Numbered from the stretch's first letter, positions 38,689 to 52,377 are shown. The stretch: 64,000 bases of DNA from Callorhinchus milii (GCF_018977255.1 NW_024704744.1:63612001-63676000), one strand, 5' to 3'. Numbers and translations are program-made. Notes: a model not told the origin generated them from the sequence alone.

Positions 38689-38742
38689 AACTGATAAGAA
38701 TAGACAGTACATTTGATCTTAGCCAAAAGGACAAGAAGCAAA
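38689..38742 (-). pseudogene. RNU2: U2 snRNA 5' fragment (nt 1-54), non-functional
   Basis: 46/54 identity by hand to ATCGCTTCTCGGCCTTTTGGCTAAGATCAAGTGTAGTATCTGTTCTTATCAGTT; branch-site helix GTAGTA mutated to GTACTG. Confidence 0.88.
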
Positions 38743-39524
38743 CAATATATTCTTTTAATTTGGTGAGTGAGGTGAGGCCCCACTCACCCCCCGCTAAGCC
38801 CAATTAGACCGAATCACGTTCTTCAATGAGAGCGAGAGTTGTCCCACAGACAGGCCTTTCCCCTGATAATCTAGGATGACACAGACCATCTTCCTTCCCT
38901 CGTGACCACCTGAGCAAATCAGGTGCCGACAAGGTGACCAAGTGCTGAAGCTAGATATGTATTCCAGTTTCTCTGCTCCTCTTTGTGAGGGTGAATCAAA
39001 CCCGATTCCAGCCAACAGAGATCCACAGGCTGGTTCTCCTGCTCAAGCTGCACCTCCCACCCATGAATGAATCATGGGAGGCTTAGAGAGGTGGCGGCGA
39101 GCACCACTCCCTGCCTCAAAGGATGGGCGCACTCCGTACAGTGGCTGACACCCACTAATCATGGGGAGGCTCAGAACAGTGACAGCGATACCCAGCTCAC
39201 TTCCAGGCACTGCACAGCCCAAGGAGTAAGTGATCAGTGTACGAGTATCTGTTAGCGTGATGGGGGATGTGTTTTGGTGAGCCCAATTCTTCCCAACTAG
39301 AACCTTCCCTTACTTGGTTATGCAGCCAGGTCGGCAGGATTGCAGAGCACCACAAGAGTTACTGAAGTTTAAGGCAGGCCTGTATAACTACCTCTCCATG
39401 ATTTTCACTTCATTTCTAATTCATTTCAATCTGTACTTTGTGTATTGTGAGTCAAGTGCTTTGACTCATTTATATACACTACAGGTACTATACAAATGCA
39501 ATGCAAGTTGTTGTTCTATGTTTT

Positions 39525-39843
39525 ATAATAATAATAATCCTTGCATTTGATATAGCGCTTTTCACGTCGGGAGGACGTCCCAAAGGCACTTCACAGAACA
39601 CACTGTAAAGTGAATTGACTGTATATTTGTGGGCGAACGTGGCAGCCAATTGTGCACAGCAATGTCCCACAAACAATCATATGGATTGAAAATGACCAAT
39701 TTTATTATTGTTTTTTTTTGGAGGGATTATTATTAGGCGTGTGGAGTAAGGAAACTTGCCCAAGGTTTCGCCCTCTGCCTGGAATTGAACTCAGGTCTCT
39801 CACTTGCAAAGCGAGTGCTCTAACCACTGAGCTACAGGACTCC
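39525..39843 (-). mobile_element. Full-length tRNA-headed SINE, subfamily A
   Basis: Reverse complement of the 8321 and 53835 copies. Confidence 0.92.
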
Positions 39844-41208
39844 ACAGAAACTCAAGAACTGCACCAACACTGCATCTGCATTTCAGCCAATACCTGCGAG
39901 CAACGTGAGCACTGCTTCTGACTGGAGCTCAGTTTTAAGCAATGTTGCCTGGAACTCTGTCCTTCCATGGACATATTTAAGTACAAAATTCACCATGACT
40001 TGGCGAACATGGACAGTTGAAGCGTACATTGTTCTATTGGAAATCTATAATTTGTCAACACAGACTGGGCAAAGAACTTCACACCATCAAGGCCATTCAG
40101 CCTATCGTGTCGGTGCTGATTTTTGAATGAAGAATCCATTCAGTTCTAGTCCCATACCGCTACAAATGACGGCTTTTGAATATCTATCTAGTTCCCTCCT
40201 GAAAGCCAATATGGATTCTGGCTTGATCGTTGCTCCTGCCAGGCCATTTCAATCCAAACAACTCTTTGTATATCTTAAATGAACACACAGTCCCAAACAG
40301 ATTGCACAGGCACACGCATAACACGTACAGATCACATTGGAGATACACTTTAGATCATGATGCAAGTTAATAATTAATGCAGCAGAAAAAGAAACAAAAA
40401 GCGAATTTTAATTCAATATAATAAAACACACACAATGACAGATGTTTTCTGGTCTAATTTTCATACAAACAGACCTGCGTCATTCTCTATCAGGAGCAAA
40501 TCATTCTTCCTCTTAAAATAATGATGTAAGCGATTGGCATAGTTTTCCTTTTAATGTTTTGAGATTGTCAGTTTTGATCAATGCTTCCAGCTCACAGATC
40601 AACCAGATGTAACCCAATGAGCTCCTACTGGGGACAGCAGTGTCTCTTTATAAGGGGTTCAAAAGAACAAACAGAAGAATTTAAAAACATAAAATCTGCA
40701 TAGGATTATCTTCTATTTTAATATTATTTGCGAGAGTAGTTCATATCGAATAAGTAAATCCTTATGAGATTATATTTGGCCTCAGAAGAAGTAAGTGCCT
40801 CAAGTGTTTGTGCTCTGAGTAATTTTGGGTTAGTCATCTAAAGTATGAACTCGATTGACTCTAACATGACAACAATGATCTTATGCCCCTCGGCAAATAG
40901 TATGTGATTGATATCGCACTATCACCAATTTATTGCAAAGGTTAAAAATGTCAATGCATGTTGCCACACTTAGTAAACTTCTTGAATTCAAAAGCATACT
41001 GGGTGTATATCCAGTTAAGACTTTAGGGATTAAGGGAGTGATCAACCAGGAACAAAAAAAGCTGCAAAGGAAAATCAAGAGATAATTATCGAAAAAATTA
41101 TTCAATTATTCATATTATTACAGCAGAATTTTGTCATTAATTGGTGATCCCATGTATACTTGCTTTATTTGAGGCTTCAAAAGGCATTTTTATGACACTG
41201 AATTAAGA

Positions 41209-41572
41209 TTATAATAATCCTTCCTTGCATTTTGATATAGCGCCTTATTACGTATTGAGACGTCTCAAGTGCTTCACAGAATAGATTGTAAAGTGAATTG
41301 ACTGTATATTTTGTGGGTGAAATACAGCAACCAATTGCACACAGCAGCATCCCACAAACAGTCGTGGATTGAGTGACCAAATTATTATTTTTTGAAGGGA
41401 TAATTAACCGCAGAAAAGCGATCCGCCAATCAACTAACAACCGGGTTCCTACTTACTACTAGGTAAAGAGGCATGTGAAGTAAGAAAACTTGCCTAACGT
41501 TTCGCTTTGTCTGGGAATTGAACCCAGGTCCTCTCGCTTGCAAGTTCTCTAACCACTAAACTATGGGACTCC
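41209..41572 (-). mobile_element. tRNA-headed SINE, subfamily B
   Basis: Antisense full-length copy. Confidence 0.88.
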
Positions 41573-42035
41573 ATGACCTTATGCTCATCTGTTTCCACTC
41601 TTCCTTTATTATTCCATCTTTCTTCTACTGTATTCCTATTTTAATTTCTATTTCTACCTTCTACTTCTAGTAGTTTGACTTTAAGTTCCTTGGCCATCAC
41701 AACCTTACCATCCCTGAGTTCTACGATCTCACTCCCTTGCCTGTTCAGGCCACATTGCCCACCACCTCCTCCTACATCTAATCTCCTGTGGCTCACAGAT
41801 CCGAAATACACAATAAATTAGACATAAGGTACTAAAACCATTTTGAAACCTATAAATAGATTTTTTAAAAAGATTTTTTAATTACCAAAATGCCTGTTTA
41901 TTAGGTGGTGGTGGAGGGGGTGGTCACAATAGGTGACAGATCTGATATGTTTTACCACAATAATGAATAAAATGTCAATCCCACTGCCACATCTTTAATG
42001 TCTGCTACCATGCAAAACCTAATGTTGGCAACCTC

Positions 42036-42548
42036 ACAATGCTGCATTTAACCTGACTCCGACTCCCGACTTCTGCACAGCACCAATTAAATTGGTGATT
42101 AAGCAATAGCTTGAAATTGGTATGTGATGAAATACCCTCAATCAGGAGATGCTGAACAAATGCATTTTCCTGCGATGCAAAATTGCCATTTTCTGTCCAT
42201 TCCGAAAAGCGGTTTGATTATTTTATTGATTATTCAAGGACCTTCACTAAACGTTTGCTGAGTTGAAATTGTTGGGACAAATTTAGAAAACACTGCCTGG
42301 ACAAACATAAGGAATAATTAGCAACCAGCTGTCATTTGAAAAAGGAGCTTTGAATAAATGCCAGCTGTCTCCTGCAATCCCTTCCTTTAAATGTCTTAAT
42401 ATGGCAATTTTGCATTGTAGCAAATGCAGTTGCTCAGCTTGTCCCGATTGAGTGATTTCATCCCATAGTAATTTCAAGGGATTTGCTGCGATCCATTTAA
42501 TTGGTCGTGTGGTGCTCACAGGACAGGTCTAACGCCTTCGGGCATTGT
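42036..42548. mobile_element. Old palindromic (foldback/MITE-like) element
   Basis: 42082-42189 aligns to the reverse complement of 42401-42505; weaker symmetry extends outward and inward. Confidence 0.75.
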
Positions 42549-42559
42549 TAAAAAGCTTG

Positions 42560-42695
42560 CGTTCTGATGAAGGGTCATAGACCCGATATGTTGACTCGTT
42601 TCCTTTCTCCATCAAATCTGCTTGACCTGCTGAGTGTTCCCAGTGACTTCTGTTTTTGGTTCAGATGTCCAGCATGTGCAGTATTTTGCATTTTG
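42560..42695 (+). mobile_element. Penelope-type short repeat with a degenerate minimal hammerhead motif
   Basis: CTGATGA-A-GGGTC-ata-GACCC-GATA, then TGACCTGCTGAGTGTTCCCAG...TCCAGCATGTGCAGTATTTTGC. Confidence 0.65.
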
Positions 42696-43504
42696 CGTGA
42701 TAACTTGCTTGCCCCAATATGTACTTATCTTGTTTAAAAAAACACAAAATCAAACAAACCCAACGTACACGTTTTTTTTCGCAAGCAAGAGACAAATCTA
42801 ATGATGTACTTGCCATGGATCTGAGGTTCCAAGAATTCTGACATGTTAAACACATGTTATTTACCTATGTTGAATAGTTAAGGTTTCTAAATGGTAATAC
42901 AACTACAAACTGGTAATATTAAATAATAATCCTTGCATTTGATATAGCACCTTATCACATCTTTGAGATGTCTCAAAAGCGCTTCACAGAATATACTGTA
43001 AAGTGAATTGATATTTTGTGGGCGAAATGCAGCAGCCAATTGCACACAGAAGAGTCCCACAAACAGTCGTGGATTGAGTGACCAATTTTTTTTGAGGGAT
43101 TATTAAAAAGGGATTATGGTAGTTGTCAATCAAAGGGGATCACTTTTACTTGAAAGTACATGACTTACATGAATGCATTTTCAGCAAAATTATTCATTTT
43201 CATTAATAATTCTCAATTATTAACATTATTGGGTGATAGGTTAATCTGATTAAAATATCCTAGTTCTTTATAGGTTGCACTCATGTTCAAAATAAAACTT
43301 TTAACTCAACCCAACAGTATTAAAAACTGAATCCATATGGTGAATGTGTAATATAATCTGAATGATGAATATGATACTTCCCTCTGTTGATGCTTATCTG
43401 TGAAATATTTGATTGTGTTGAATACCATTGTCGTATCCTCTGTTGAAGGCATAAACAAATAAACTGTAGACATTCCCATGAAATAAGCCAACTTACTTCT
43501 GCTA

Positions 43505-43947
43505 GGACTCCACTGGCTCCACATCCCCCAGAGGACCGAGTTCAAGATCCTCGTCCTCACCTTTAAGGCCATCCATGGCCTTGCCCTCTCTGACCTGCTG
43601 ACTCCTTACCAACCTGCCCGCTCCCTCCGTTCATCAGGCTCTGGCCTGCTCCATATCTCCCGCCCGACCCAACCTACCATCGGTGGCCGGGCTTTCAGCC
43701 TCTCTACCCCCCTCCCCCACTCTGGAACTCCATCCCACGGTCCCTTCGCCTCGCTTCCTCCCTTACCTCCTTCAAAGCCAGTCTCAAGACCCTTCTCTTT
43801 GAACATGCCTTTGGTCTCTCTACCACCTCTCTGCCTTCCCTCACCCCTACACCCCTGTGCTTGAGCCACAACATCTGACTTTTCCGCGCTTTGGGATGTC
43901 CTTCTGACATGAAAGGCACTCTATAAATGTAATTTTTTTGGTGTTGT
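43505..43947 (+). mobile_element. L2 3' fragment
   Basis: LHWL..PQRTEFKIL-type sequence plus tail. Confidence 0.85.
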
Positions 43948-46900
43948 AGGTTTTTGAAGAAGTTTTTTCCAGAAATATGCCCTTGACCTTCATCTCATTG
44001 TTTTGTGTTTATATCTGGCCAGTAGCTCTTTAAATAAAAATGAGGTGGTTTCAGTGGAGCTTAAGGTCAGTACACTGCAGGAAAAACCCAAGGACATGTT
44101 AATGTGCACAACATCATTAGGGAAGCTTCCTATAATAAGAAGCTCCTGACAAATACTTGGATATTGTTGTAACTGCTATCAATTATTATGTGTGTTCTCA
44201 ACAGTGTTGAATTTATTCCAAGTTTTGGGAAATATCAGTTTTGATGCCTGAACCTATAACATGCCCTGACTCTTCCTAGGTAGGCACTGGGCATGTAACT
44301 TGCTAGATGGCAGGTAACTTACCAGTAGCATGGGGTGGGGGGGGATTCAGAAAAAATGTTGTGCATCAGAAATTCCCTGGAAAACCTCTCTGAACAGGAC
44401 TTTTCCTTCTTTAGTAGTAGCATTGCAGTTTATATTGGTGTGGTTTTGTTAACAGAGGATTTATTGGGGCATTTTTGTCAGAAAATACTTTTCTTCCTCA
44501 CACTTGTTTTAGCCTTTCACCCAAAATACATATCTAATTATCTGTATAACCTCTTTGTAAGATCTTGACTGCATCCTCTGATTTCAGGTCACCCTAGATT
44601 GGTATCATATGCAAATTTAACTTTCTTGAATCAACAGTAAAATCAGGTCATTTATGAATACAAGAAACAGGAGTGGTCTCAGCACAAAGACTTGGGCCAC
44701 CCCCTCCATATCTCCCTCAATTTGACGCCATTCAGGTTATGTCTACCTTTGGTTTGCTTCTCCCTAGCAAGTTACAATACATGTCCCAGTCTTAACCACG
44801 ATTCCCTTGCATAAATTCTCTTCTTACAAATTACAGAAGTGCATGTGCAGCTTGGAGTCCTGCCATCTTGCAACAAGCTAGAAAGCTTTATGCACTTTTA
44901 ATTTCCAGGTTTGGTACTTGGGCATGTAATCTAACAGTGTGAAGCTAAGGTTTCAAAAGGCTAAAACTTTGCAATACACAGATAGACAAATTAAGCAAAT
45001 ACATCATGATTGCCTCCATTGCCAAGAAAACCATTTTTATTCAAGCACATTTGTCAGCACAAGGACAAAATGGAAAATTCTGGTAAACAGGAAGACTCAT
45101 TGAATTTGCAATTTTATCACACAGTATAAATAAGAAACCTATAAATCATTATTAGTTCTGTTACATTATGGTTAAACTTATGCCATGAATAATAAAATCA
45201 ACTAGTTTATAGTTGGTGTGATTAGCAGACATCCATTCAATGGAATAAACAAAATCAGAGTGAATTAGCAAGACCAGTGACACACTTTGAGGCTACGGTC
45301 AGTGCATAAGGAAGTGTTTAACAAGATTTTAAAGCATTTGAATGACAGAATATCTGAATGCACCACCTGCAGTTTCAGCTTCCCTAGTTTGACACCCAAT
45401 GGTGCCCTGAAATATCAGATATAGCCATAGGATGTGCAAGGTATGTGAAGAGATATTAAACAGCATCATTATCTGGAAAAGGTGACAAAAATATTTAAAT
45501 ACAACTATTGAATTAGAATTCAGCACTTTTTTTTATAAATTAGAAATAGATTCAAAGATTTAAAAATAGACGTATCGACCGTTCAGCACCATAAAACCCT
45601 GCATAAAAATCAGTTATAAAATATGAAATTAAAGAAATTGTATAGTCATCATAGAAGTTATACAATCATAATTGCTTAAAATAGTGTTGTTTGCACAGTT
45701 AACTTTGTGTAGAATAAAAAAAAATTATAAAAGCATCCAACTCCTTAAGGAAGCTCACATCCCCTCTGCTTGGCTGCATAAAATGATAAGAGTCCATATA
45801 CTTTTTTTAAAATAACAATAGCCCAGCAGAAGTAGAGTTTTAAAATTATGCCATGAAAAAAATAAATACAATTCATAACAATAAGAGTGCTACATATAAT
45901 TGAGGAGAACATTTCTACCAAAAGTTCAAGTAGAATGTTGAATATAGTTTATGGAACTTGGTTAAAATACTGGTGAGGGTCACGTTGATATAGTTTATAC
46001 TGCAATAAACATTGCTAAGGTGAATAAATGAGTCATCCAGCTTCTATATTAAGCCTACATTTATCTCAATCCAACTGTGCTCAAATTACTTGATACTAGC
46101 TGAAGAAACATTTTCAATCAATGATGCATTTATTAATAATGGTTCTGATCAGTAGATTTCTCGGTTATCACTCTAATCTTACCAATTTCCAGAGATATTG
46201 ATATATTTTCAATTGCCACACCTCTATACTACTATTTGCATTTTGTAAGCATACATATGTGGGATCATCAGATCTTGTACAACATAGAATCTGCCATGAA
46301 AGTAACAGTTGAAATGGAAGTGTGGCTATCATGAGGATATACAAACCTACAATATTTGTTATATTGACCTTCATTTGTCTAGGCAGACACATTCAGTGTT
46401 CTACAGTATTTAGTAGGCTTTCAATTTGTATTTCTTAGGAATTGCTTCACAGCACAGGAAGGTAAAACAGTCTGGCACGGGCTACCAGATTATTAACAAC
46501 AGCATTTATGGTCAGCGTATACGAAGTGCACATGCAGCAAGATAAGACAAGCTTTTCACTCCTTTTGATACACATTTCACACCAAAACATATGATGAGTC
46601 AATTTACTGAAGGCTAAATTTACAAAATCTTATTGAAAAATCCTCAGCCCTTAAACCAATAAGCACAGTGTTTATTATATTCAATCTAAAGAGTTCTAAC
46701 TTACTCAGCAGGATAAAGGTTAAAGCTGCTTTTTTGGTTATGAATATTGAGTAACATATTCCAGCACAGCAGTTCCAACCTCCAGAAATAGCGTCCATGA
46801 TCCAGTAACAAAAGAAAGTCAATGTCTGCCTTCGATTCTCCAAGAAGAAATTTAATGCAAAACATTTGCTATTTCCAAAAAGTGTATATAATCTGTTAAA

Positions 46901-47119
46901 GTATCAAGTTCGTCAAAAAAGTACCGCGTTAATTTTAAAGCTATAGAAGACTCAGCTTGAGAGGTACTTTAGCAGCATTTGCTTCTAGCTGTTTAGGCTT
47001 CAGTAAAACCTGCTATTGAACTTTAACAATTCTGATCCTGACTCACTCAGATACATTTCAGAATAAAGTACAATATAATGTACAAGTACAGTGTGAAGGT
47101 CAAAGCTACTCATCCTTGG

Positions 47120-47401
47120 CTAGATGGTGATATGAAAAGAATCCTGCATCCACTGGTCTCTAGAATTTTGAGTTTTAGGCACTGCAAGATTGACTTCTAC
47201 ATCATCCTTCCCATTTTTTACAATGGTTTGTTCCTGGAAATATTCTTCTTCTTCATCAAAGTAGCCATTTTCCATTCCATAGGCGCAATCAGAATTCGCT
47301 GCAGCTGACAAGTCCTGGCAGGTTCCTTTATATTCCTGAATAGACTCATAGAGAGACCACAGCTGACACAGCAAAGACATATCTAGCTGGCGAAGGCCAA
47401 C
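47120..47401 (-). CDS. FAM89A: FAM89A exon 2 (LURAP/LRAP-type domain)
   Basis: VGLRQLDMSLLCQLWSLYESIQEYKG...RDQWMQDSFHITI-TAG. Confidence 0.95.
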   Translation of the reverse strand, partial: VGLRQLDMSLLCQLWSLYESIQEYKGTCQDLSAAANSDCAYGMENGYFDEEEEYFQEQTIVKNGKDDVEVNLAVPKTQNSRDQWMQDSFHITI

Positions 47402-47799
47402 CTACATTTTAAAAAAAAAGGAACTTTTATTACTTCAGTGGTAATGATTTGCATCCATTCATGAATTACAATACAGAGCAGCTGGAGCCAAATGCAATTC
47501 ATAATGAAGCGTAAATGCTTGGATAATACCAGTATGTAAAATGCACAAGGAATTAAGTTGATATGTTGAGGTGGTTACAATCCTAAATTAATGAAATTTT
47601 AGAGGATTTACAACATCAAAATTTCTTAAAAGATCTTCACAGTAATAACCATCATGGGAGATTATTTTTGGAAGGCAAATATGGTGGCCATTTTGCAAAC
47701 GGAAAAATCCCACAATGAATGACCAGTTTATCTGGAGGAAGGTCATCCATGACACCATTCTGTTTTTTTAATTAAGCGATCTTTACACCTGTGCCATGA

Positions 47800-48370
47800 C
47801 CCGCTCTGCCTCCCCCCACCACCGCACATTGCCCGGCTCCGCCACTACCTCTCCCGTCAGGTGCCAGAACACTCATCCACGCATTTATCACATCAACAAC
47901 AACTTGGATTTATATAGCGCCGGACTCGATTACCCCACCTCCCTGCTGGTCACCCTTCCCTTTACAAGATGCAGATCATCCAGAACTTTGCAGCTCGTGT
48001 CCTCTTCCCTGCCAGCCTCCACTGGCACCCCATCCCCCAGAGAACAGAATTCAAAATCCTCATCCTCGCCTTCAAGGCCCTTCACACACTTGTCTGCTCC
48101 CTCCAATCTGCAGCCTGCTCCACGTCCCCCGTCCGGTCCGCCTCACCATCGACGATCGGGCCTTCAGCCGCTCTGCCCCCCTTGTTGGAATTCAAACTCG
48201 TATTCCCTTTGCCTTGCTTTCTCCTGCAAGGCATGTCTCAAGATCCTCCTCTTCAACCGCATCTTCGGCCACCCTCCTACTCTCCTTACCCTCCATCCCC
48301 CTGCTCAGGTCCAAATCCCTGAGATCCTTCTGACGTAAAAGGCACTATACAAATTTAATTTGTGGTTGTT
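47800..48370 (+). mobile_element. Degenerate L2 3' fragment in the FAM89A intron
   Basis: QIIQNFAARVL...LHWHPIPQRTEFKILILAFKALH plus tail. Confidence 0.82.
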
Positions 48371-49858
48371 TACATCCACTTGAAGAACAGCCAGAAATCT
48401 CAGTTTAAAGTCCCGTCTGAAGAGCGGCACCTGACAACGGAACATTCGATAAGAGGCTTGAGCGCACAACTTTCTGATCCAGAGGCAAGAATACTTCCAA
48501 CTGAGCCATGATGACCACCAATGCCACAAAACTATGTGGAATCTGTTGAAGACACTGTTGCTTAACAGTTCCAAACCAAATGACTATTCATTTTCCTAAA
48601 GATACAAAAATACACTTACTTATGCAAATCAAAATGTTCACAAATTACATACTGATTTATACTTTCAGTATTTCATACAAAAAAGCCAACATACTGTTGT
48701 TTTAAGTGCTTGTATACCTTTCCCTAATTTGTCAGTACCACAAAAGGCAGATAATACAAATGAAATGTACATACGTGATATCAAATATAGATTAAAGATT
48801 AATATTGCACTTCATTGGTAATAATTATTTTCATCCTAGTCGCTTCCTGCAGATAATTTGGAAATGTGATGAAAGGTGTCGTGCTCCAGCTCCACTTCAC
48901 ACTTTACAGAACAGGTGGGTGCCCAGAGTTTGTGCCGGATTAGGATTGTGAACAATTGAAGAAGCAAATCAACGGTTCTGGATTGAGAGTCATGTCTAGC
49001 TCTGAGACAATTTTGGACTCTGATGTAGGCATGTCAGTTTATCAAGGTAAACAACAAAACGACATGGGAAAAGCTAAAAATGCTTGCAAGAGGAACCATG
49101 ACTGACCAGCCAGAAGCCAAGCAGCAGCAATCCAATGACCCTGAAGCCATTTTAATAGTCGGTATGTCTTAACACAGTGTAATTTTTTGGGATCCAAAGA
49201 AGCACGTTACAACAGGCACTGCTGTGTTATCACTTCACAAGATCAATTTCAAAATTTAAGGAGTGGGGATTTCCTGGGATTTATCTTTTCTTAAGACGGA
49301 TAAGACCCAGGAATTCTAGATGATGAAAATTTATGATTAGGATATTTATTTCTGCCACACACAAGATTTAGGCACATACCTTCATAAAGGCCAAGAGAAT
49401 ATGAAATTCGGCAGTTTAAGTATGAAGCGATGGAAGTGATGGAATAAGATATCACAGAGCAATGAACTACAAAGGACTTGGAAAGAGGAACTAGGAAGGC
49501 AAGTTCCTGTCAACCCAAATGATTCAGGGTTGTTTGATGTAGATAGATGCACTGAAAAAAATGGTGGTAAATTGGATTGTAAGATGGATGAACTGGAACA
49601 GTTGCTATTGCATGAATAACCGACTCGTACCTGAAATTATTATATGCACAGGAGTTGTGATCCACTCACTCCAGCACTTCTCAATCTATTAATCACTCAC
49701 TGGAGGTGCCTCCTTTGTGAATGGATCCGGATTTTTTTGACCCGACTCCTGGAAATAAATGTCTCGGGGGCCCAATCCCACAGGAGAGGGAGGGTCGGTC
49801 CTCTCTCTCGGTGGGAAGTCGCGTCCAGAACACATCAGCCTGGGATTGTGTGCCCTTA

Positions 49859-50500
<642 letters not shown>

Positions 50501-50659
50501 TCACATCCTCCTCTCGCTGTTCCCGGCTCCTCCCTCCCGGCTGCCGTCCAGCACCATCCAAACCCCACTCGATAACGGCCTCCGCTTCTCAGCCCCAACT
50601 GACAACCGCGCGCTGTCTCCAGTTACCAAAATACTCTCCCGACCGCAACACGTTTCACC

Positions 50660-50860
50660 GGATGTGCCGCCTCCCCGCTGCCCTGATTGGCTCCGCGCCT
50701 TCCCAAGGTGCCACTGGTGTGAGGCGAGCCGCCGTGTCAATCACGTCGAGTCACCCAATCGGGTGCTACGTCACGTCCCGCGGCGACACTCAAGCGTCCC
50801 GTCTGGTGACTGACTGCTCGCTCGGGGGGAGCGGAGCGGAGTGTAGCGGCGGTTCGGTTA
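50660..50860 (-). promoter_or_regulatory. FAM89A CpG-island promoter
   Basis: CCAAT boxes on both strands (ATTGG near 50686, CCAAT near 50755), CRE-like ACGTCA repeats, high CpG density. Confidence 0.55.
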
Positions 50861-51766
50861 CGGGTTCACATTGAACGTGAAACACGTTGTCCCAAACCAG
50901 CGCATTTTTTTTAATTCGCTCATGTTTCATTTTTTTTAAAAAAGTAAATATTCGAGGAGAAGGGAATTCTTCGCGGTGATCCTGACCAACACTCACAAAA
51001 ACATGGTTGATTTACTTAACGAGAGCCGTTAGAGGGAAGCTGCTGGGTGCAAATTCGCTGCTCTCGCCTACAAACCGGTCACTGCACTTTATACTTTATA
51101 CTGACTGCAGTGAAGTGGGTTGAGACATCCGCCTATTGTGAAAGTGGCGACATTAAATTGCAAGGTTTATTAGCAACAATCCCCACCAAGGATGTTTGCT
51201 CTCTTGCAGGTGCACACAACTCACATTGTTGACCTGAAATGTAGGCAATTATTCTGAAGGCTGTGGCTTTATTCAGACGTGAGTCATTCTTGAAAATAAC
51301 GTTTTATGATTAAATTAGAGTGAGACCCACGTCTCGTTCTTGACATTTCACGATGTTGTCAACTGTGAGAGACGCCTTTGCAAATGGTTGTTTGTGCCTC
51401 AGTTGGCACTGTAGGCTTTAGATTGTGGGTACAATGGCAAAAACTAGAAACCTGAACAGCTTAGGTTTCAGTTCCTACAACTACCAGCATCCTGGCTTAA
51501 TGCTTATCTCTTCCTGACTTCACAATTCAAGCAGAGGAAGGAAACAGAATTTCTAAGGAAACAATGGCTAACATTGTGTACTCATCAAAAATGAATGCAT
51601 CTGTGTTTTAGCTGCCGAGAATAAACAAATGATGGTATTAAACCAAAGAACAATGGTATTTTGGATCATATTTAATGGCTCATAAATTCTCTGGTAATTA
51701 CAGAACAAAGAAGGATATTTGACACATCTCGCCTACACTGAGGTTTGCTTCACAGATGAAATCGTA

Positions 51767-52081
51767 ATAATAATAATCACTGCATTTGAAAGAGCACCTT
51801 ATCACATCTTTGAGACGTCTCAAACCACTTCAGATTATCCCGTAAAGCGAACCGACTATGTTGTGGGCAAAAACGCCACTGCCAATTGCGCACAGCAGTG
51901 TCCCACAAATAGTCGTGCATTGAGTGACCAATTTATATATTATTTTGAAGGAATTATCACCCACGGAAAAGCGATCCGCCAATCGACTAACAACCGGGTT
52001 CCTACTTACTGCTAGTTAAACAGGTGTGTGGAGTAAGGAAACATGCCCAAAGTTTTGCCCTGCCAGGAATCAAATCCAGGT
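51767..52081 (-). mobile_element. SINE subfamily B, head partly truncated
   Basis: GCGATCCGCCAATCGACTAACAACCGGGTTCCTACTTACTGCTAG centre. Confidence 0.85.
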
Positions 52082-52377
52082 CAACTGTATACCTTGATCC
52101 TAATTTCCTGGTCTATGTTGCACATTATTTTATGATTTGTCTTCAAACATGTATTCATTTCTCCATCAATTGGTAATTCAAAAAAGTTTGGAAACTAAAA
52201 AGGATTAAACTTCAAGGACAAAGGATAAATTCACACTTTTAACTGAGTAAAGTAAGTCAATAAATACAAATTGTTACTAAAACAATACTGTGGGACAATA
52301 GACGTTGATTAAAAGAAGTGGTTTATATTGAAATGGTTGAATCAAGAGAAAAAAGCAAATTGATGGTAACAGTAACA

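Noticed and set aside
38689-38742. Functional U2 snRNA gene
   Set aside because: Only nt 1-54 are present, the branch-recognition sequence is mutated, and there is no Sm site.
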